DNA of 64,000 bases from Eledone cirrhosa. Lineage: Eukaryota. The position numbers were made by a program, and so were the translations under genes. Of the stretch, positions 1 to 22,708 are shown one piece after another (within the stretch, counting starts at the first letter, position 1; every line of letters starts with the position of its first letter). The notes below the pieces were generated by a model. It had not been told where the DNA came from and ran no database searches. It saw only the letters and a list, made by a program, of their open reading frames with translations. The stretch covers positions 235,972,001 through 236,036,000 of the forward strand of contig OZ024741.1 in NCBI GenBank assembly GCA_964016885.1. Reading direction: 5' to 3'.

Positions 1-262
1 ATATATATGTACATTATATTTATATATATATATACATGTGTATGTAGAGATCATATATATATATACATGTGTGTATGTAGAGATCATATATATATACATG
101 TGTGTAGAGATCATATATATATATATATATATGATATATCTAGAGATCGTATATATATATACACATATATATCATGTGTGTAGAGATTATATACCCCCGT
201 ATAATATACGATCATATATATATAAATGATCATATATTATGCGTGTATAATATATACACATA

Positions 263-303
<41 letters not shown>

Positions 304-335
304 TATGTGTGTGTGTGTGTATATATATATATATT
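1..335. repeat. (TA)n-based minisatellite, ~30-bp unit (tatatacatgtgtatgtagagatcatata)
   Basis: tagagatcatata-like core recurs about 5 times between TA runs. Confidence 0.8.
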
Positions 336-694
336 GATATACACCCTACAGTGTATTTTGATTCATTTTGTGGTGTTGAGTAGAGGGCGGGAGAACAACA
401 GGGTTCAATCGCTATGGCAAGCTATATAAACATTTTATAGTTCGTGTTGTCGTGATTCTAGCCACCGGGTGGAAAACGTGTGGAACTAATACCTATTCCA
501 AACCACGCATCAAACACTAAAAGCATGTTGATTTGATTTATTTTCTGGCGGTTTGTAAACAATTATAAATTAGATTTATTATTTCTAAAATAAAACAGTT
601 CAGTGTATCGATCGGTAGTAACCGACTGTCTTGATAAATGTCTTCAAACTAACACATTCTTATCTTTATATAATGCATACAGTTATGTGTACAC

Positions 695-734
<40 letters not shown>

Positions 735-820
735 TTAAACGATAATTAGTGATAAGGGTCCGTTGTAACAAGGACGAGATGAAGATGGAGGAAGAACGGA
801 TACAGACATGTTAGGCTTTG

Positions 821-866
<46 letters not shown>

Positions 867-3800
867 GTTTCTACTTTTGGCACATATATATAATGAGCAC
901 CTAAAGGAGTTAAACGTGTTGGTAATGCACCGATAAGCCAAACTTTATATAGATATTCTCAAATTCCACATTCTGTTGATTGCACTTTACTTTAGTTTGT
1001 ATGCACACTTGTGTATTGTTCATTATTTCTTCCTCTAAACCTTTAGCTCGTATTAAAATCTTTTTATTCATTAGATTAAAACAGTTGATATATTTATACG
1101 AATTAAAATAATACAATGATTGTTGGTAAAAGAATGACTTTGTAGTAATTTATTTCTCAGTCCTAATGTGTCTCACTAGTTGGTGGGAGTCTGTTTACAT
1201 TGCTTCAACGGATACGATCCAAGTTTGAATAAGATCACTGAGACTGCTTAAAGCAAACAAAAAAATACATACATGTATGTGTGTATATAAATATGTTTGT
1301 TGTGTTTACATCCGCACAAATTCCGACATTATATAAACTACATATCAATATAAAATTCTGTAACTAGATTATTCTATAATTATATTTATAAATCTATCTG
1401 TTTATCAAGGTAGTAGACGTCTATGTATGAAATGTATCTTTCTGCACCTTCAGTAATAAATGGGGAAATGGATAGTTAGACTGATTATGTAGACAAGGGA
1501 AATACATTCACAAAATTATATTAATTATTAGCAGTACCACTAGACACACAGCTGTACATGTAAGATATACACGATTCCTAACAAAGCACGTTCAATCTTG
1601 AAAGTGAAGATGAAATTGTTTAATCACAACCCTTTGTATAGACAGATTCAGTGCAAAATAGAAACCTGGGTATCTTATTGAAATCTATTTTCAGACAGCA
1701 CTTAACGAACCCTTAAGAGATGTACATGTATCTGTGTGTATGTAAGTTAGTACTCAATATTGTTAGAGGAAGTGGAATCCTTTCCTGGGGATCGGCAAAA
1801 CCAAGTAACAATTCAACTTTATATCTCTCTATATATAGATTAGTTAGATTGAGTTCTAATATCACGAAATCCTTTTGTAAGACTGCTGGACATTATATTC
1901 ATACGTACAATAAAAAAATTGTGCTAAGTTATTTGATGTTACAGATGTAAGCCAACTGCCTCATTTAAGACAGAACGGTCTTTGTGATGTGAAATTTAAT
2001 AAACAAATGTCGGCTTGTCCGTTTCTTTCGTGTATTTTCTATGTCGGACATCTGAAAATTTCTTTCCCATACATTATTGTGCTGCTGGCGTTAGAGAACA
2101 CCTAAGAAGTTAAGATTGAAACTAACTGAATATACCAGACCGCTCAGCTTAGAGATGGAGGAAAAAAGTAAAATGTTTGAATTAGCATCTGTGAAATTAT
2201 GACTTTTATTAGGGACAATCGGAACAGCGCTACATGTCTGGATGTGGCTCTCACCATTATGGTTTCAAATTTCATCGGTGTCTATTTTAACGTTTACCTC
2301 CTCGCCTTAGTCGGTAAAATTAACACCAGTCCCTGTGGTTTCTCGACCTGTCATGGATATATTATATCTTAAAAAAGAAAAGCTGATTACAATAAACACC
2401 TTTGATCATACGTACTCGATCGAGCTTGACCTGGAAGCTAAACAAATCAAAGCTTTTAGCCAAGTCAAAAGAAACGTTTATTATTCTTCACTCCTATACC
2501 TCGTTAGTGTATTGCATATAATATAGTTTTTAATGTATGTATGTGTACATACACACACATATTATAAACGTTTGTGTATAACAGTGACCAGTTAGTACGA
2601 TTTCTCGGTGGACTGAGTTTGTCAGTTTCGAATCCTTCTTTGAACCGACTCGATGTCTGTCGAGAAAAGTATAATTCCTCAGTACCTCTTTCCCTGTAAA
2701 TCGACTGGGGGAATATCGTCTACGTTTAAATCCAGCAATTCTTAATCTATATATTATAATGCAGCTTAATGGCGCCAATTATTGTCATCGGCGCCAGACA
2801 AACCTCGTCATTGTTTACAAAGCTTGACCGGCTGTAAGCAATAAGAATTAAGTAAAAACCACCATAAAATAGTTTATTAATTTCTTGACCCTATTTAAAT
2901 ATCTATCTATCTCTATATATTTAAAAAAATCTAGAATGGAATCAAAAAATAAAATTATAGAGAAATATTTATTTGAAATCTCGGCAACTTGCTTCCCCCT
3001 TCACTCTCTTTATCCATCATTGATCCAGCAACATTCTTACAATGGTTAAGCCACTTTACGACACATTTGCGCTCTGGCTTCGCCGCCAAAATTCTCTTCA
3101 ATTAAAAGCGACATCTCATGTCCCATATATTACCTATCGACTTCGTAGCTTTGGTTTCGCTTTCCATGTGGGAATTGCTCCACTTTGGCCAGATCCTTCA
3201 TTCATTTGAAATAATGGTCGCTTTTATTGTAGTGTTATTGCTGTTATAACACTAGTCCCGAGTCAAGTTAATAATCTCTTACGTCACTTATACCCTTGAT
3301 AAAAAATAGTCATGAACGTCACATAATCTTAATATCCTATTTATTTATTACTATAACATAGACAGTACCAAACTGTCACACTGGAAGTTCTTCGATGCTT
3401 CCCGGTCCAGGTCAGCTTTGCATTTCATCCTTCTAAGGTCGATAAAATAAAGTACTAGAATCGACTTCTTATTCTTATAAATCATTAAAAATATGAATGT
3501 AATTAAATTAGAATATTTTAGCTTTCATATCTATAAGATTGATAGAATAATTATCAGTGCTATATGTGTATCTGTCCCATTGTTATAAATCGACCGTCCT
3601 CTACCTAAACAGACATATCTTAACGAGTCTACATTGCAAGTTGCTACGGCTGTTTACGACGATCGACCTTCTATCCTACTTTCGGTAAAACTGTCAGGCT
3701 CTTCAGTTTCAAATTCAAAAAATTCGGTTATATTTGATTTATTTGTTTATAACAATTCTCAGGAAAATCTTGTTTCCTTCTCACCCTTTTACTGTGTTCT

Positions 3801-4480
3801 TAATATAATAAATATGAAAAATCCCATTTAAATCGGCACCCACACATATATATAATATGTATATTGTGAGTGTGTAGGCTTTGTTGCACAAATGGGAGAA
3901 ACAAAACTTAATATATATATGTAGTCATGTATATATTATGTTATCTGTGAACCCACGTCAGTTACTCAATAACTCGGAGTTTTGGTACTTAGCACCCTTA
4001 AGCACGAAACGCCAGGCCATTGAATCATAATGTAACTACGGCTACGACAAAGTGTATAAAATTTACATGTAGTTGTAATATGTTTATAAAATGTAAGTAT
4101 ATTATACGCAAATCCTCCCTAATAGAGGTCAAAATAAAACGAAAATATCACATTCTATTCCCCGGTTTCATTGTGTTCATACACGTTAGAGGTAGGGTTA
4201 CCTCGAGTGAGTGTGACTGTATATATGTATGTATATCCATGTATATACAATAGTGGTAGTAATAAATACAAAGATCAAAATCCAAAGACAACTAGATAAG
4301 GGTTGCGTATATATAAACAGGTAAAGCATATATTTATTAGCACAGATTACAAGTTTAAGCAAACAATTTCTGCTATCACCCATATGTGGGATCTTCTGAA
4401 ACTCATATCAATCCGTGATTGCAGATGTTTGCAAAAGATCATAATCAAATATAAGACATAACAGTAACATGTGAAAATTT

Positions 4481-4716
4481 GATAGATCTGCATGGTGTGC
4501 ACGTGGATATTTTCATGAAACATATTGACACTCTGCTATCCAGATCCCACATCAGTCCAGAACGCGGAACGAAGGTAACCTAAGGACAGCAGCAACAAAG
4601 TCCCTCTTACACCAATGGCCAGCCAACACAGGCTGGAGATAGAACGTGTATCAACAAGGGCGGTGCACGAGCATGGTCTCAGCCGGATGGCTGGAACAGG
4701 TAAAAGGGTAAAACAG
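4481..4716 (+). mobile_element. Diverged 3' end of the CR1-group LINE family seen at 10051-11238
   Basis: Aligns by eye to ~11010-11238 (aacctaagg-cagcagcaacaaa-tccctc...aagggcggtgc...cagccggatggctg-aacaggtaaa); (TA)n follows directly. Confidence 0.85.
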
Positions 4717-4773
<57 letters not shown>

Positions 4774-5063
4774 ATATATATATATATACATTGAGTACTT
4801 TGGTGCGTTATGGTCCACCTGGTTCCTTACCACATTTCCTTCGTTATATATATATATATATATACGCTTATATATATATATATATATATAATTATATATA
4901 TATATATATGTGTGTGTATATATATATATGTGTGTGTGTGTGTATATATATATATATACACACCCACACACACACACACACACATATATATATACATATA
5001 TATATATACATATATATATATACATATATATATATACATATATATATACATATATATATATAC

Positions 5064-5094
<31 letters not shown>

Positions 5095-5242
5095 CACATA
5101 TATATATACATATATATATATACATATATATACATATATATATATATACACATATATATATACATATATATATATATACACATATATATATACATATATA
5201 TATATATACACAAATATATATACATATATATATATACACATA

Positions 5243-5278
<36 letters not shown>

Positions 5279-5403
5279 CACATATATATATACATATATA
5301 TATATATACACATATATATATACATATATATACATATATATATACATATATATACATATATATATATACATATATATACATATATATACATATATATATA
5401 TAC

Positions 5404-5484
<81 letters not shown>

Positions 5485-5499
5485 TATACATATATATAC

Positions 5500-5530
<31 letters not shown>

Positions 5531-5545
5531 CACACATATATATAC

Positions 5546-5590
<45 letters not shown>

Positions 5591-5597
5591 TATATAT

Positions 5598-5646
<49 letters not shown>

Positions 5647-5654
5647 TATATATA

Positions 5655-5994
5655 TTCATTCATTCATTTCATTTTACGTCCACTTTTTCCCTGCTTGCAA
5701 GGGTGGGACGGGAACTGATTCTGGTTTGATTTCTACAGCTGGATGCCCTTCCTAACACCAACCTCATTTACAGTGAGTGCTGGGTGCTTTTTTGTCGTGG
5801 CACCTCCACGACCACTTTGCAGTGGAATGATAGGGACCCCAGTCCTATCATCTCATTTCTACAGCTGTGTAAACTGGAGCAATGTGAAATAAAGTGTCTT
5901 GCTCAAGGAAACAACACATCACCCGGTCTGAGAATTGAACTCACAACCTTTCGATTGCAAGGCCAATGCTCTAACCACTAAGCCATGTGCCTCC
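5655..5994 (-). mobile_element. tRNA-derived SINE with CORE-like middle and RTE-derived 3' tail
   Basis: Reverse complement begins GGAGGCACATGGCTTAGTGGTTAGAGC (A box)...GAGTTCAATTCTC (B box), then CCTTGAGCAAGACACTT; tail matches RTE 3'UTR (ctgtaaatgaggttggtgttaggaagggcatccagctgtagaaa); near-identical copies at 21494 and 26540. Confidence 0.9.
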
Positions 5995-6086
5995 ATCTAT
6001 ATATATATATATACACATATATATATATATACACATATATATATATACACGTATATATATATATATATATATACATATACACACAT

Positions 6087-6587
<501 letters not shown>

Positions 6588-6588
6588 C

Positions 6589-6651
<63 letters not shown>

Positions 6652-6665
6652 TATATATATATTTA

Positions 6666-7295
<630 letters not shown>

Positions 7296-7310
7296 CATAT
7301 ATATATATAC

Positions 7311-7347
<37 letters not shown>

Positions 7348-7367
7348 CATATATATTATATATATAC

Positions 7368-7420
<53 letters not shown>

Positions 7421-7423
7421 CAC

Positions 7424-7458
<35 letters not shown>

Positions 7459-7481
7459 CACATATATATATATATATACAC

Positions 7482-7530
<49 letters not shown>

Positions 7531-7531
7531 G

Positions 7532-7804
<273 letters not shown>

Positions 7805-7821
7805 CATATATATATATATAC

Positions 7822-7868
<47 letters not shown>

Positions 7869-7885
7869 CATATATATATATATAC

Positions 7886-7932
<47 letters not shown>

Positions 7933-7959
7933 CATATATATATATATACATATATATAC

Positions 7960-8014
<55 letters not shown>

Positions 8015-8023
8015 CATATATAC

Positions 8024-8056
<33 letters not shown>

Positions 8057-8156
8057 CATACATATATATATATATATATATACACATACGTAGGTCCCGG
8101 GTTGAGTCGGGGATAACCACAGTAAGTAAGGTACTCAATACATGGCAGAGTAAAAA

Positions 8157-8288
8157 ATTTTTATTTTATAGAAGGAGCTTCTACAGGACTAGTACTGTTT
8201 CATTCAGATGAAATCTTCAGCTTCCTGAAGATTTCATCTGAATGAAACAGTACTAGTCCTGTAGAAGCTCCTTCTATAAAATAAAAAT
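8157..8288. repeat. Perfect inverted repeat, 64-bp arms with 4-nt loop (probable inverted PLE pseudo-LTR remnant)
   Basis: 8157-8220 is the exact reverse complement of 8225-8288; loop cttc. Confidence 0.95.
8219..8269 (+). ncRNA. Type I hammerhead ribozyme motif (Penelope-type)
   Basis: Stem I AGCTTC/GAAGCT; core CTGAAGA; stem II TTCA-tc-TGAA; GAAA; stem III ACAG/CTGT with palindromic ACTAGT in the loop; GUA cleavage triplet ending at 8263. Stem II closure is a non-canonical U.U. Confidence 0.7.
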
Positions 8289-8324
8289 ATATATATACAC
8301 ATATATATATATATATATATACAC

Positions 8325-8441
<117 letters not shown>

Positions 8442-8542
8442 TATATATACATATATATATATATACACATATATATATATATACACATATATATATATAT
8501 ATATATACACATATATATATATACACATATATATATATACAC

Positions 8543-8593
<51 letters not shown>

Positions 8594-8712
8594 TATATAT
8601 AGACATATATATATATACACATATATATATATAGACATATATATATATACACATATATATATATAGACATATATATATACACATATATATATATACATAT
8701 ATATATATATAC

Positions 8713-8773
<61 letters not shown>

Positions 8774-8810
8774 TATATACACATATATATATATATACAC
8801 ATATATATAT

Positions 8811-8885
<75 letters not shown>

Positions 8886-8896
8886 TATATATACAC

Positions 8897-8927
<31 letters not shown>

Positions 8928-8956
8928 TATATATACACATATATATATATATATAT

Positions 8957-8997
<41 letters not shown>

Positions 8998-9017
8998 TAT
9001 ATATATATACACATATA

Positions 9018-9062
<45 letters not shown>

Positions 9063-9104
9063 ATATATATATATATATACACATATATATATATATATAT
9101 ACAC

Positions 9105-9137
<33 letters not shown>

Positions 9138-9177
9138 TATATATATACACATATATATATATACACATATATATATA

Positions 9178-9974
9178 CTACTACCAGTGCTAGCTGCAAA
9201 AGGCTTCTCCCTCAGAATGAAAGGCAGACTGTATGATGCGTGTATCCGAACAGCGATGTTGCATGGTAGTGAGACCTGGGCGCTGAAGGTGGAAGACTTA
9301 CGTAGATTAGAGAGAAACGAAGCCTGCATGCTCCGATGGATGTGTAACAGTAACATACGTGAACGACAAAGCATAAATGAATTGAGAGAGAGACTGAGCA
9401 TAAGAGGAATCAAATGCTGCGTGCAGGAGAGGCGGTTGCGCTGGTATGGACATGTGATGCATATGAAGGATGACAGCTGCATAAAAAGGTGCAGAGCACT
9501 AGAAGTTGATGGAAACCGCGGAGTGGGGAGACCCAAGATGACCTGGGATGAGGTGATAAAAGCCGACCTTACCCAATTACACCTCTCAAAGACAATGACA
9601 CACGACCATGACTTCTGGCGTCACGCAGTAATACAGAGTACCCGACCTCCCATGGGTACATGCTGAAGCATATAAACAATATGCCCCCACACCCCCCACC
9701 ACAAGGTGGTCGTGGAGGTGCCACGGCAAAAAAGCACCCAGCCCACACTGTAAAGTGGACGTGTAGGCGCCACGAAAAAGCACCCAGCACTCACTGTAAA
9801 TGAGGTTGGTGTTAGGAAGGGCATCCAGCTGTAGAAATCAAGCCAGATCAGTTCCTGTATGAGCAAGGCATGGTCAGCCGACCAGACACTGCCCACAACA
9901 GGACAACCCGTCTAACCCATGCTAGCGTGGAAGAACGGACGTAAAACGGTGATGATGATGATGATGATGATGAT
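9178..9974 (+). mobile_element. 5'-truncated RTE LINE (C-terminal ORF, 3'UTR, (GAT)n tail)
   Basis: ORF 9187-9666 has RTE C-terminal motifs [24 protein letters not shown]; near-identical to the 22709-24683 copy. Confidence 0.95.
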
Positions 9975-10050
9975 ATGTATATGTATATATATATGTATAT
10001 GTATATATATATGTATATATATGTATATATATATGTATATATATGTATAT

Positions 10051-11238
10051 GGCATAACTGGAAAAGTAGGTGAGTGGCTGCATGGCTTCCTAAGGGACAG
10101 AAGCCAGGCAGTCGCAGCAAATGGGGCCCTCTCGAGGGAAACACCGATAACAAGTGGGGTGCCTCAGGGGACAGTCCTGGGACCACTACTGTTTTTGGTG
10201 GCTCTCTCTGACATGCCCTCTGTGGTGCATGCAACAACATCCCTCACTAGCTATGCTGATGACACTAAGGTAGCACAGGCAATCAAAAACCCGGCTGACG
10301 CTGCCCTCTTACAGCAGGATCTGGATGCCATATACAGATGGGCGGAAGAAAACAACATGCAGTTTAATGCTGGCAAATTCCAAGCCCTACTATACAAACC
10401 TGCAAACACAAACACAAATATAGCGGAACACAGCTACACAGGACCAGGAGGGACCGATATCCCCGTGTCAAAATCGATACGAGACCTGGGCATAGACATG
10501 AGCGATGATGCATCTTTTTCTTCATACATCATGAAGGTGGCGACAGCATGTAGACGATTCGCTGGCTGGATCTTGAGGACTTTCCTTACAAGAGATCGAG
10601 ACACCATGTTGACACTGTGGAGGACTTTTGTCCTAAGCCGCCTGGACTACTGCTCCCAGCTGTGGTCACCCCATAGTGTCAAACTAACCACAGAGCTTGA
10701 GGCAATCCAGCGAAGCTACACCAAGAGGATTGCCAAGATGAGGGAGACAAGCTACTGGGAGAGGCTGAAGGAACTGAACCTCTACTCCTTGGAGCGAAGA
10801 CGGGAGAGATATGCAGTGATCTACATGTGGAAAATCCTGGAGGGACTAGCACCAAACTTTGGCATTGGGAGCTGGACCAACCGTCGAACAGGACGTCACT
10901 GTGTGGTGCCAAAGGTCCTGTCTTCCACATCTAGAATAAGGAGCAGGTATTGCAATAGCCTGGGATTCAAGGGCCCTCAACTCTTCAACAGGCTGCCGAG
11001 GCATCTGCGAGACTTGCATGGCGTGGAGGTGGATGTCTTTAAGAAACATCTCGACACCTTGTTATCCAGGATCCCGGATGAGCCCACAGCAAGACACGAG
11101 GGAAACCTAAGGGCAGCAGCAACAAACTCCCTCCTACACCAGTGGCCAACCTATACAGGCTGGAGATAAAATGTGTAGCAACAAGGGCGGTGCCCCAAGA
11201 TGGCCTCAGCCGGATGGCTGAAACAGGTAAACGAGTAA
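10051..11238 (+). mobile_element. 5'-truncated CR1-group LINE, RT C-terminal half, uninterrupted frame to stop at 11169
   Basis: SGVPQGTVLGPLLF, YADDTK, LDYCSQLWSP, YWERLKELNLYSLERRRER; flanked by TA/TG microsatellite on both sides. Confidence 0.9.
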
Positions 11239-19330
<8,092 letters not shown>

Positions 19331-20132
19331 ATTAAGATCCTCATTAAGATCCATAACAAAAAAATATAAACAGACATATACTACAAGCCCACAGACTCCA
19401 AGCAATATCTCCCCTTCAACTCTTGCCACCCTAGACATGTTAAAATTAATATTCCCTACAACTTAGCCAAGAGAATCTGTACTATAGTCTCCAATAAAAA
19501 CGCCTGCTACTTACGGCTGCAAGAACTAAAGGACACACTCATAGGCAGGGACTACCCTGCATCACTAATTGACAATGGAATCCAACGTGCCCTAAAACTC
19601 AGTACCCAGGACCTTAGAGACCCTAAAGTAAATCAACCGAAACTAAAAGCTCTTCCATACATCTCCACACACAACCTCCTCAACAATGCGGCCTTTGACA
19701 CCATCCTCCAGAACATCCCTGTGTTGAAAAAGGACCATAGAATGAACCAAATCCTACGAACACACGATATCATAAAGAGCAAAAGACAATCCAAGTCAAT
19801 GAAAAACATCCTAACACATGCCAAAGTACTGCCAACCACAACAACAAAACCCACAGTAAAAAAATGCGATAGACCCAACTGTGGCATTTGCATCAACCTA
19901 ATAGAGGGTTCGGAATTCTATTTCAAAGAAGGACAACGTTTTATAGTAAAACACAATTTCACATGTGCATCGGAAAATACCACACATTAATACCTGTGCC
20001 GCCCAAAATCATCCCAACTTCAGAATCTTTCCCCTCTACAAATTTAAAGATAATGCCATACACACCCAGCGCATCAGCAAGGAATCTTACTTCATTAACA
20101 AATACGGACCCCGTCTAAACACTTCTTCCTAA
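19331..20132 (+). mobile_element. Penelope-like element relic (RT thumb, Cys linker, internally deleted GIY-YIG), Neptune-like
   Basis: Open frame 19370-19990: [36 protein letters not shown]...CDRPNCGIC...FTCASEN; shifted frame then gives HINTC...KESYFINKYGPRLN*. Confidence 0.85.
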
Positions 20133-20538
20133 GACGAACCCACAACATACACACGTCAACATACATACCTACATCAGCACACATCTCTACCCACATATAA
20201 ACACAATGACATACGTAAACATACATGCTCTATGGTGCAACACAAAAAAATATATGTGTATATATATATGTGTATGTATGTGTATGTATATATATGTAGT
20301 GAATATATGTATATATATATATATAGTGAATATCATTTCACACCTTTTATTGTTAAGATTTTTGATGTTCTATTAAGAGAACCGATTTTACTGAAAAAAT
20401 TGAATAATGTACACCATTTTACCAGGGGGAAAAAAATACTGGTCCACCCACACACATTCTCACACACACACACACACATATATATATACACACACACACA
20501 CACACATACACACGCGTACATTAACATACAAAGAGACT

Positions 20539-20581
<43 letters not shown>

Positions 20582-21320
20582 TTCCATATAACACAAAAGC
20601 TGAAAAATATCTTTTGACATGCTAAAATACCCCCCCACTGCTTACAGACACATTTCTACTGACCATCCCTGCTACCACGAATTACTCTGCTATATACACA
20701 CACACACACACTTATCTTAATAACCATTTGACACCCATCCCTGCTAACCATTATCACAACATCGAACACCTTACTACTACTACACACACACACACACACA
20801 CACATATTTGTTGTGAAAGAGTCATTTCTCAGTCTTGGCGAAAAATCAATTTTTTATTCACATGACCTCTACTGACCAATCAAAATTGTTTTGACCACAA
20901 GAATTTTTGCAAACACCAAGTAGCGCTGGAGCCACTTTTTTAACATAAAAACAGGTAGAATTCCCAAAACTAATCAGATCAGAGCAAACAACAACGGACA
21001 CTCTATCTCAAAATTATTTTTTGAAAAGCATTTAGAAATGCGCAACCGGTAAAAACTTAAAAACTTAAAACCACAACTGAATACTAACCCATACAATCAC
21101 TAATACTCTTTTATTCCTAATTAAACCATTTTTCAACTGTGAACAATTTGTCAGCATTTTCTATTCCGTTTACCAATATATAATAACTTGTGTGTTACAC
21201 CTCTATTCTTTTAACTATATATATATGTATATATATATGTATGTGTATATATATATGTATATATGTATATATATGTATATGTATATATATATGTATATGT
21301 ATATATATATATGTATATAA

Positions 21321-21360
<40 letters not shown>

Positions 21361-21493
21361 TAGAAAGTGTGGTTTTATTTAACAAAATGACAAATAACCG
21401 AGGTGTCCTACACGAGTGAAAGTATAAAGAAAAAAAGATGAAATCGAAAATGCAACTGGAGTCTTATTTAAAAAAAAATATATATATTTATTT

Positions 21494-21819
21494 GGGGGCA
21501 CATGTCTTAGTGGTTAGAGCATTGGCCTTGCAATCGAAAGGTTGTAAGTTCAATTCTCAGACCGGGTGATGTGTTGTTTCCTTGAGCAAGACACTTTATT
21601 TCACATTGCTCCAGTTTACTCAGCTGTAGAAATGAGATGCTAGGGACTGGGGTCCCTATCATTCCACTGCAAAGTGGCCGTCACTGTAAATGAGGTTGGT
21701 GTTAGGAAGGGCATCCAGCTGTAGAAATCAAGCCAGAATCAGTTCCCGTCCCACCCTTGCCAGCAGGGAAAAGTGGACGTAAAATGAAATGATGAAATGA
21801 TGATGATGATGATGATGAT
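21494..21819 (+). mobile_element. tRNA/CORE-like SINE with RTE tail (same family as 5655)
   Basis: A/B boxes, CCTTGAGCAAGACACTT, RTE tail, (GAT)n end. Confidence 0.9.
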
Positions 21820-22228
21820 ATATATATATGTATATATATATTATTATAAATGTAAGCTATCGCCGTATTTTGACTAAAAAAATTAAGGAAATTATTTAGC
21901 CTGATAGTGGGGTTAAGAACCCTAGGAGGAATGGAAAAAGATATAAATATATGTATATATGTATGTATATATATATATGTATGTATATATATATATATAT
22001 ATATGTATGTATTTTAATTATGTCTCATATAAAATAATACAACTGGCTATCCGCAAAATACATATAGTTAGCACCCCAAACGTATAACTGGGATTATACT
22101 AAGGTATATCCTAATGTTTGTTGAGTGAGACGGAAGCCGGTCGGAGTATTGCTTAAAGCTTTCTCTGTTAATGTATTAAATATATGTATATATATGTATA
22201 TATATATGTATATATATATATATATATG

Positions 22229-22305
<77 letters not shown>

Positions 22306-22445
22306 GTGTATATATATGTATATATATATGTATATATTATATATATGTATATGTATATATATATGTATATATATATGTATATATATATGTATATATATAT
22401 ATATATATATTATTGGCAACATGACCCTCCCAAAGTATAACAATA

Positions 22446-22476
<31 letters not shown>

Positions 22477-22708
22477 ATATATATATGTATATATATATAT
22501 GTATATATGTATATATATATATGTATGTATATATATATATGTATATATGTATATATATATATGTATGTATATATGTATATATATATATGTATGTATATAT
22601 GTATATATATATATGTATGTATATATGTATATATATATATGTATATATATATGTATATATATATATATATATATGTATATGTATATATGTATATATATGT
22701 ATGTATAT

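Noticed and set aside
380-460. GC box plus TATA-like promoter (gggcggg, ctatataaa)
   Set aside because: Short motifs are expected by chance; no linked gene can be shown
21494-21565. tRNA-like sequences (also at 5925-5994 and 26540-26610)
   Set aside because: No proper acceptor stem, and each continues into a SINE body and tail; these are SINE heads
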